Positions 46,785 through 64,000 of a DNA stretch of 64,000 nucleotides are shown here, piece by piece. Below the pieces are notes generated by a model. The model worked only from the letters and a program-made list of their open reading frames with translations. It did no database searches and was not told the origin of the DNA. Both the position numbers and the translations under genes were made by a program. Position 1 is the stretch's first letter. Each line of letters opens with the position of its first letter. Origin of the DNA: the human T2T-CHM13v2.0 reference genome, Homo sapiens; NCBI RefSeq assembly GCF_009914755.1, contig NC_060944.1. The stretch is one strand, 5' to 3'.

Positions 46785-48107
46785 TCAGGGTGAGGGTTGG
46801 AGGGCTGAGGCTACAGACTGGGAGACTCCTCCCCACCTGGCATGAGACAGGACCTCAGCTGCTCTCTTTTTCTCCATATGCTTGAAAAGCTGGGTCTTAG
46901 ATCTAATGGCCTCCTCACTTTAGTTCTAGGGTAGCTGATGGTCGGATGAACTCTCTGAGCAGGAGCCATGGTCTGTGTTTGGGTATGGTGGGTGGTGTTT
47001 GCTGGATAAAGCCAGCGCCCCAAAGCCTGACAGTCCAGCCATCCCTTCCTTGGACGTTGCTAGGGACGGGAACAAAGGATATGGAACCCCAGCTCATGTA
47101 GGAGACATGTGGCCCCAACACATCACCTTTACCACGACTCAGCCACTGCCATGGTGTTGGGGGGCACAGGCAAGAGTAGCCATGGTTGCTCCCATTGTTT
47201 GAGGGCCAGCACATATGTTAGCATCTTAGAACAGCTTCTAGCAGGGATTTGGTATCTTCACATTTTTAGGATGAAAAAACCAGGGTCTGAGAGGTTAAAT
47301 GCCCTGCCTGAGACCACGTACCAACCACGGCTCAGGTCTGTGTGACTCTGCCCTTCCCTAGACCCCACACAGTCTCTCAGAGCAGCTTTTCCTGTTGCTG
47401 AGACCTTGCCCCCGACTCGGTGGCAGAGACACCAGGCTAAGAAGTCAGTAAGCCTCTTTTTTTTGTTCCCAGGTTCTCTTCCTCATGCAAGGCATAGAGA
47501 CATGGTGTACATTTATTTATCAATAGCTCAGGGGTCACCCCCTCCTTCCTGACCCTCTCGTCTGACCCTAGGGTTTCCAGCACAAGGATATGCCACATGT
47601 ACTTTTACTTACACTCACATTAGTCTCCACACTGCCCTGTGAGAGTACTCCCGGGGCCTTCCGTTCCCAGGACACGGATAGCCAGTTGAATGCCTTTGCA
47701 AAAATAGAAAAAGGCATCCCCTCCGGGCAGACTAATTAGAAAAAGCACCCCTTGAAACAAAAATAAAGTTGCCGGATAATACCTTTGAACTAGTGTTGCG
47801 GCTTGGTGAGTGGATTACAGCCATGAGTGCAGCCCCCTTTACCCTTTTGGCTGGTGCTTTTGTGTGGTACACACCATGTAAATTGCACAAAGCAGTCCTG
47901 GCTGACCTCTTCTACATCCCCAACCCATGGCAAAGGGCCCTGCAGAAAGCAGGCCTTTGCTGAATGACTGATGCATGAACACACACACAGCCACAGAGCA
48001 CACGTACAGCAGGGTCAGCTCTTGGTCATCTTCCTCCAAGTGCCTTATTTACAGCTGGGGCAACTGAGGCTTAACGACTTATTTCAAATAAGTGTGTTTC
48101 CTTCTAA

Positions 48108-48218
<111 letters not shown>

Positions 48219-48382
48219 TAGCCATCTACAAGGGCCATCTGGCTAGGGATGGGTCTGTCTCTCATGTGGTCTACACAAGCTCTGTCCAGGAAAATGAGCA
48301 AGCCATCTCTTCATTCCAGACTAAAAAAGATAACGCCAAGGTGAATATGCAAATTATTATTTTTTTCAATAATGTTAGTTTA

Positions 48383-48685
48383 GGCCAGGGGCGGTGGCTC
48401 ACACCCATAATCCCAGAACTTTGGGAGGCTAAGGCAGGTGGATCACCTGAGGTCAGGAGTTCAAGACCAGCCTGGCTAACATGATGAAACACCATCTCTA
48501 CTAAAAATACAAAAATTAGCTGGGCGTGGTGGCGGGCACCTGTAATCCCAGTTATTCGGCAGGCTAAGGCAAGGAGAATCACTTGAACTTGGGAGGCAGG
48601 GGCTGCAGTGAACCGCGGTCGCACCACCGCATATCCAGTCTGGGTGACGGAGGGAGACTCTGTCTCAAAAAAAAAAAAAAAAAAA
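48383..48685 (+). mobile_element. Alu (S-type)
   Basis: Full dimer, TSD-like gttagttt. Confidence 0.92.
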
Positions 48686-49425
48686 GTTAGTTTACAACAC
48701 ACTGTCTCACCTTGGGTGCCTCAAAATAGCCTTTGGAGGCTGACACAGCAGGAAATGGAGTTATTCATATTTTGCTGATAGGGAAATTGAGACCAAGAGA
48801 GATCACAGTCCTGATAGGTTGTGGAGCCAACCCCTGACCCCAGTCCTAGGCTGCCTGCTTAGGTAGAGGCATGTGTAGATTTGCCCTAGGCCATGCTTTG
48901 CTTTGAAGTGGTTTCACCAGCATAGCTTGGTCCCTAGGAAGGAACAGGCTCTGTGGATTAAGGGGAAGGAACAGCTGGAAGAGGTGTGGGAGGAAGAATA
49001 GTAAGAAAGAGAAGGGGACCCTGGATATGGTTTGGGGCCTGGCTGTCTTCCTAACTGTGCCACATAATTGCTCTGAGCCTTGTTTTCTTACCTGAAAAAT
49101 TACAACTCTCTTGGAGGATGGTTATGAGGCTGGGGTGAAATGATTAAGGTGAAAGTGCAAATGTTGCCAAATGCAAAGTTGGTGCATAAGCTAGATGAAA
49201 AGAGATGGGCCTCACGCTGGTGGGAAGAGACTTCTGACCTTCCTAGCAACTCTCTCCATGTGCCGGAAGCCTGGAGTCCTGTCTCTTTCCAGTCTGCCAT
49301 GCGAGCCATTGCACAAGACAGGGGTCATACTGAATCCTCCCAGCCGCCCACCTTGCTCCAAGTCTCCCCGAGCCTGTGTTCACTTTGCATGGGTGATCCT
49401 CCAGCTGTTCTCCCTCTCTCCCCAG

Positions 49426-49581
49426 CCGCCCTTCTACAGCCAAGATGTATCCCAGATGTATGAGAACATTCTGCACCAGCCGCTACAGATCCCCGGAGGC
49501 CGGACAGTGGCCGCCTGTGACCTCCTGCAAAGCCTTCTCCACAAGGACCAGAGGCAGCGGCTGGGCTCCAAAGCAGACTTT
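49426..49581 (+). CDS. SGK2: SGK2 exon (PPFYSQDVSQMYENILHQ...QRLGSKADF)
   Basis: ctctctccccag acceptor, TTT|GTAGGT donor, 156 nt. Confidence 0.95.
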
Positions 49582-49739
49582 GTAGGTGACCTACCAGTGG
49601 AGCACTGGCCCCCATGGGGCTCGCAGCTTCCTGCAGAGGCAGCTCAGAAGCACATTAACACGCATCCTGCTGCCTTCTAAAACCAGGCACTGCTCACTTG
49701 TTCATTTGGAAATTCACTACTGCTACTAGCTGACTACTT

Positions 49740-52517
<2,778 letters not shown>

Positions 52518-53173
52518 TCTTACGGAGATATTTTGGATCTGGGTTGTTAACCAGCCCACTGGGGTTCCTGATATAGGGAGGTGGAGAATAATTATTTGAG
52601 AAACACAGATAGAGGATGTGATGGAAAGAAGTTGGTGCCAATGTTGATTTTGATTAGGAAAGGTGGTGAATCATGACCAGGGCTGAGTCCTAAAATCTGG
52701 GTGTCTGGGAATCTGAAGGTCTTCTTGGGGGCTTTATTTTTCAAACCTTCCCTAGTGAATTGATTTAGTCTACTTCTCTGGTTTGCATACTGGAAAACTC
52801 AAGATGTACTGAAGCAGAGTGAGGGGAGGGGTCTCCAAGCTCCCACTGGTACTCCCCCACCCCCAGAGCAGATTCTGATGTATTATTCACTGACACCCCC
52901 AAAGCCTAGCAAAGGGTCGGTGCCCAGAGAAGATGCTCAGTAAATAGTTTTGGAATAAACAGATGCTGTAGTGGGGAGAAGGGTTTGGATTCTGGATGAT
53001 GGGAGAGGCTTGGCTGCAAAACTCTCTTGTCCCAGGAAACTAGCCAGAACTGCAAGTTAATTTCCAGTTGACAGCCAGTTGCTTGTGGAGCTCTGGAGGA
53101 TGTGGGGGTGAGGTGAGAGCACCCATGGGGAGGGCTACTTCTAACCAGAACCTTTTTTCTGCACTTCCTGCAG

Positions 53174-53263
53174 CTTGAGATTAAGAACCATGTATTCTTC
53201 AGCCCCATAAACTGGGATGACCTGTACCACAAGAGGCTAACTCCACCCTTCAACCCAAATGTG
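53174..53263 (+). CDS. SGK2: SGK2 penultimate exon (LEIKNHVFFSPINWDDLYHKRLTPPFNPNV)
   Basis: cttcctgcag acceptor, GTG|GTAAGA donor, 90 nt; AGC C-tail start. Confidence 0.96.
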
Positions 53264-53574
53264 GTAAGAGGTCACAGCATTCTAGACTCTGGATTTCCGG
53301 GGCTGGGGGAGCTTGCTATGCTTGCCAACTCTCCTTATCTAGATGGAAAACTTGGGGGTCCAAGAAGCTCAGTCATTTGTCCTAGGCTACACAGTCAGTT
53401 AGAGACAGAACTGGGCCTGACTACAGGTGCAGCTCTTGGATAAACAGCCATGTTGCTGCTCCTTTGTCTTGAGCACCAATAAATAACTCTGGCTGCAGAG
53501 ACTTTTACAGTTTGTGAAGTGCTCTGTTTCGCACAGCACACCCACATAGGGCCAAGCCCTTTAGAGATATTTTA

Positions 53575-56166
<2,592 letters not shown>

Positions 56167-56820
56167 GTTTTGCAATGTTAATTGGTAGTGGCAGTGTGAA
56201 TGAAAGGAGTCCTATTGGAGGTGGGCGTGTGAAGCTGTGTGGTCTACCTGTAAAGCATGGTGCCAAGCCCCTTCCATCGAAACAGCCTGCATATCAAACA
56301 CTGCCAATGTTAATTCACCATTTACATTTCTCATTTGTTTAATTACCTATTCATGAACTTGTCTTTGGGCACTGGATCAGATAGGATACACTCGGGCCAG
56401 GCACCAGAAAAGCTTCTTTTCGTTGGGATTTTAAAAAGACAGTGAAGATAATGTCGAACTTATACCCTGGAGAGAGAACCATACATGGAATACTAGGCAG
56501 AGATGAATGGACTTTAGAATGAGACACTCCGGAGCTGGATTCCTGGTTTTGTCACCTACCATTTGTGAGGTCTTCAGTAAGTCTCTTTAGTATCATTTTC
56601 TTCTACAGTCACACAACTAATAAGGGCCAGGATGCACATTCTGATCTTGGAACTCTGAGTGCTGGGCTGGGACTACCTTGTCTTGTAGCCTTATTGAGAA
56701 GCTAGAAACTGTGATCTGTTTGGCTCCATAGCCCGACTTGCACACTAAAGCAGATTTGCAAGCCCTTCCCCTTCCTCACCTGCTTACTTCATAAAACCCA
56801 GGCCTCCTCCACAGAGAGAC

Positions 56821-57596
56821 TGTATTGGTTAGCTCTTGGTGTATAACAAGCAACTCCAAAGCTAGGTGGCTTAAAACAACAATCTTTTGGCTGGGCATGG
56901 TAGTTCATATCTGTAACCCCAGCACTTTATGAGGCCGAGCTATTAGCATTGCTTGAGGCCAGGAGTTCAAGACCAGCCTGGTCAACATGGCGAGACCCCC
57001 ATCTTTATAGAAAAATAGAAAATTAGCCAGGTGTGGTGCTGCATGCCCAGCTACTCAGGAGGCTGAGGTGGGAGGCTCGCTTGAGCCTGGGATGTCGAAG
57101 CTATAGTGAGCTGTGATCATGCCAGTGCACTCCAGCCTGGGTGATGGGCAAAAAAGACCTTGTCTCTTAAAAAAAATTATTTTGTTCGGATTCTATGTGT
57201 TTTTTTTTAAGTCTGAGTCAGGCCAGCTGGTCTCTGTGGAGCTCTCTCATATCTGTGGTCAGCTAGCGGGACAGTTGGCAGTTGTTGATCTAGAATTGCC
57301 TCACTCCCATGCCTGGGAGTTGGCAGGCAGCCAGGGCAACTGAGTTCTTCATGAGCCTCTCATGCTCCAGCAGGCTAGTCTGGGGCTGTTCACATGGTGG
57401 CATCAGGGTTAGAAGTACAGCAAGAGAGCAACTCCTGATGTGCAATTTTCAAGCCTCTGCTTGTGTCATATTTGGTAATGTCCCATTGGCCTAACCAAGT
57501 CATATGGCTAACTTACATTAAAGGAATGGAGAAATAGACTCCACCTCTAGATGGGAAATGGAGAATTTGTGAACATTTTTGTAATCTCCCTCACAG
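56821..57596 (-). mobile_element. MLT1-type MaLR LTR split by an AluJ (56889-57177,+)
   Basis: tgtattggttagct...ggtggcttaaaacaac...tcccattggcctaaccaagtcatatggc...gagaaatagactccacctct. Confidence 0.75.
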
Positions 57597-57599
57597 GTC

Positions 57600-57840
57600 T
57601 TCCTCCAAAATAGCTAAAGCAGCCCCAGTCAATCTCCACCATATCACCCTATTTTCTCTTCTTCATAGGACCTATCACCATCCTAAGTTACCTATTTGTA
57701 CATATGCTTATTATCAATCCTCCTACCCCCCACACAATGTAAGCTCCATGAATGCAGGGGCTCACTTTATCTTGTTCTCCTGTGTTCCCAGCGCCACGAA
57801 CAGTACCTGGTAGGCATTCAGTAAGTGTTATGTTGATTAA
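57600..57840 (+). mobile_element. L2 3' end
   Basis: aatgtaagctccatgaatgcaggg...cagtacctggtaggcattcagtaagtgtt. Confidence 0.7.
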
Positions 57841-58053
57841 CTGACTTGCCTGACGATTGGTGTGGAGGCAGAATACCAGGGGGTGAGAGGAATCAAATGA
57901 TCAATGTAAATGCACAGGAAAGTGACAGTCAAGTATGGATGACTGTGAAGCATGGGGCACTCACAGAGGCCTGACATCCCTCTCTGAGGATCTGGGCTCC
58001 TTTGGCAGCTCTGACCCCGGTGTTTTCTTCTCATCATTGGCTTTTATTGACAG

Positions 58054-58218
58054 ACAGGACCTGCTGACTTGAAGCATTTTGACCCAGAGTTCACCCAGGA
58101 AGCTGTGTCCAAGTCCATTGGCTGTACCCCTGACACTGTGGCCAGCAGCTCTGGGGCCTCAAGTGCATTCCTGGGATTTTCTTATGCGCCAGAGGATGAT
58201 GACATCTTGGATTGCTAG
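58054..58218 (+). CDS. SGK2: SGK2 last coding exon with hydrophobic motif (TGPADLKHFDPEF...SAFLGFSYAPEDDDILDC*)
   Basis: ttattgacag acceptor; F-x-x-F-S-Y motif; TAG 58216-58218; 12 exons sum to 1104 nt = 367 aa + stop. Confidence 0.96.
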   Translation, partial: TGPADLKHFDPEFTQEAVSKSIGCTPDTVASSSGASSAFLGFSYAPEDDDILDC

Positions 58219-58252
58219 AAGAGAAGGACCTGTGAAACTACTGAGGCCAGCT

Positions 58253-58737
58253 GGTATTAGTAAGGAATTACCTTCAGCTGCTAGGAAGAGCGACTCAAAC
58301 TAACAATGGCTTCAACGAGAAGCAGGTTTATTTTTTCCAGCACATAAAAGAAAAATAATGTTTCGGAGTCCAGGACTGGCAGGACAGGTCATCAGATACT
58401 CAGAGGCTGTATCTCTGCCCTGCCAACCTTGACAAATGGCTTCCAATGTTAGGTTTGCTACAAGATGGTTACTGGAGCTCTAGCTGCCTATTTTGTGTTT
58501 AGGGAAGGGAAAATGGAGGAAAGGGGAGAAGAGCAAAGGGCGCTTTTAAAGAGCTTTCCCAAAAGCTCCACCCAATGACTTCTGCTTCCATCTCACTAAC
58601 CACCCACCCCTACCTGGAATGGAGGCTGGGAGATGTGGCTTATTTGCTGGGTACGTGACTATCCCTAATAACAAAGGGGTTCTGACACTAAGACATTAGG
58701 GGAGAATGTTGGGTAGGCAGCCAGCACTCTTTTACCA
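58253..58737 (-). mobile_element. Old MLT1 (J/K/L-like) LTR forming most of the proximal SGK2 3'UTR
   Basis: gtattagtaagg...cagctgct...actcaaact..tggcttcaac...tttatt...gtccagg start and ggaggctgggagatgt...tgggtaggcagccagca end. Confidence 0.6.
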
Positions 58738-58851
58738 GAGGGCCTCCTGGTGTTTGGATTTTGATCTCAATGTGTAAAATGACAGAGATGTAACAAGCTC
58801 ATAGGGTATCAATATCTCTTATTGTTCTATGTTGATGATATTTGTCTTTGT

Positions 58852-59640
<789 letters not shown>

Positions 59641-59976
59641 ATGCTTGGCTAGTTGCTGTACTAGACTCTTCCATGTCTGTTACAAATTTTCCATCCAAAC
59701 AACCCTGAGGTAGGAATTATTACTGTCCCCTTTTTACCAATGAAGATGCAGAGTCAGAGAAGCTGTTCCTTGCCTGAAGGTCACATAGCTAATGAGGGCC
59801 AGAGCTGGGACTTGGAGCCCTACAAGCTGGCTCCAGGGCTCTCACATTGAACTTTTGTGCTGATCTGCTTCTCACCCTGGCTATTAGGTCCAGGCAGAAT
59901 GACTGCCAAAATCTCTAGTGAGGAGCTAAGTCAAAAGTTGGCTGGAACAAGCCAAGTATAAGAAATGGGGTATTGA

Positions 59977-60960
<984 letters not shown>

Positions 60961-61536
60961 TCAGTGTGTGCTGGTGATTTTATTGCCTTTTCCTCTTAAT
61001 TCAATCCCACTCTTTCCCTTCCTCAAGTCTTGTTCACCCAGCCTCCTGCCCCAGGAATCACGGGGAAGAAGTCTGGGAGACCACAGAAAAAACACCAATG
61101 ACACTGAGCTATTAGAGATCAAAACTGGGTCAGGAAGAGTTCATGTTAAGCTTTCACATGTGCTAAGAACGCTGAAAGATACACACTGATTTCCATCTTA
61201 ATAGTGCCAGATAATTGACAAATTTGGGACAAGATGAGGGAGAGGTCAAAATCCCCCTAACTTCCCAAAGCAAAAAAACAGGAGTATAATGATCAGAAAC
61301 GTAATAGTAGTGTCAGAAGCACACAATCAGCTGTGGACGGTGAAACATATAATGGTTCTATCTGTTCTGAGATTGTAAAAGCACAATTATTTTCATCAGG
61401 ATAAAAAATAAAAATGAAAAACTATGCTGTTGAATGGAACATGCTACAACCTATGTTTATTGAGCACATTCCAAGTTTTATATGCATTATCTACAATCCT
61501 CACTATAAGCCAGCATTTAGAAATTATGAACTTCAG

Positions 61537-63163
<1,627 letters not shown>

Positions 63164-63729
63164 CGTCTCCACTTTTAAAATTTCCAGTGACAGAAATTGT
63201 GGAAAGCAACACGAGTTGTATGTGTTTTAATATCCTAGATTCGAAGACAAACATAAATGTAAATAAAAACTGTCAGAGCTCTCTGCAATCTTCAGTTTGG
63301 GTCTTCCAGGCTGCTGCAGCGTTGTTCACAAATCCACACACCTCTAAAGGCAGGCACAGAGCGCTTTCCTGGGTAGTCGGGTGGCCTGTTGGTAGTTGCA
63401 GGCTTCTGGTTTCCCATCTTAATGGCGATGGCAGGGCAACCTGTATTGGTGGTGCTTTTGCACAAGCAGTTCTTTCTGCCGGGAACGCCCTTCCCCAGCC
63501 TTTGCCTTAATGAATACCACTCTCTCTTCAAATCTCTGCTCAACAGGGGCGCCTTTTTGACCAGCTTAGTCGTTAGACTCCCTAATACAGTTCATAGTTT
63601 TCACATTTTTGTAGAATCTATTCAAGTTCTAACTCCCCGCCATGCTCGCCGGCGCTCAAGCCTAGTACCATGGCAAGCAAAGATGCGGAGTTAATAAAAC
63701 AGAATTATACGGTTTATCATTCTCAACAC

Positions 63730-64000
63730 TAAACCTGCGCACCCTTTTCCGTTAAGTAGTTCCTAATAGTCCAGCACAGCCTTCCGCCCGGCCCCGCCCT
63801 CGCCTGGCTCCACTCTGCTCCTGCGCTTTGGGAATCGAAGCTGGGGCGTTCTCCAACCCCCCCGCGCTGGAAGCCTTCACTATTCTCCTCCCTGTGGGTG
63901 GAGCGAAGTTTGGGCACTTGGGTCCTACCGTTGTTATTAGTCTTTACTCGTAATTGATACTAAAGAACAAAATTAAATGGGTTTATTTTTGGTGAAAAGT
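63730..64000. promoter_or_regulatory. GC-box/ETS promoter flank of the next gene (probably IFT52, transcribed beyond the window)
   Basis: CCGCCC at 63784 and 63794, CTTCCG at 63781, rising CpG density; gene identity from recalled gene order only. Confidence 0.55.

Noticed and set aside
47640-47930. Possible MER91-like DNA transposon relics or hairpin ncRNA
   Set aside because: Similarity too faint to assign by eye; no stable long stem seen
63665-63677. RFX X-box candidate gtaccatggcaag near the presumed IFT52 promoter
   Set aside because: Both half-sites deviate from GTTRCC/GGYAAC and it adjoins L2-like sequence; too weak to call

Overview
Alu-rich primate (almost certainly human) genomic DNA carrying two + strand spliced genes, recognised by hand-splicing and translating exons at GT-AG boundaries. 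(1) The 3' part of L3MBTL1 (1864-~24160): 14 common coding exons give three MBT repeats, a C2HC zinc finger and the first half of a SAM domain, followed by two alternative last exons. The proximal one (14141-14335) gives a SAM-broken tail; the distal one (21318-21452) completes the SAM. (2) The complete SGK2 AGC kinase: 12 coding exons, 39698-58218, 1104 nt = 367 aa, with a 60-aa longer N-terminus from ATG 39518 and two candidate non-coding first exons. A GC-box promoter flank at the right edge probably belongs to the next gene (IFT52 by recalled gene order on 20q13.12). The rest is about 45 Alu copies or fragments plus L1, L2, L3, MIR, MaLR/ERVL LTR and DNA-transposon relics. I found no new protein-coding gene or novel enzymatic system; most ORF-track entries are Alu or low-complexity artefacts. 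The most interesting signals are post-transcriptional: a SAM on/off last-exon switch with a 236-nt AG-free pyrimidine tract and isoform-specific miR-17/19 sites, twin hairpin acceptors, a recursive-splice-type exon, (GT)19 beside the SGK2 catalytic-loop exon, a leader-specific uORF, an LTR/inverted-Alu 3'UTR, and frame-compatible L3MBTL1-SGK2 read-through. Repeat boundaries and subfamily names are by eye and approximate.
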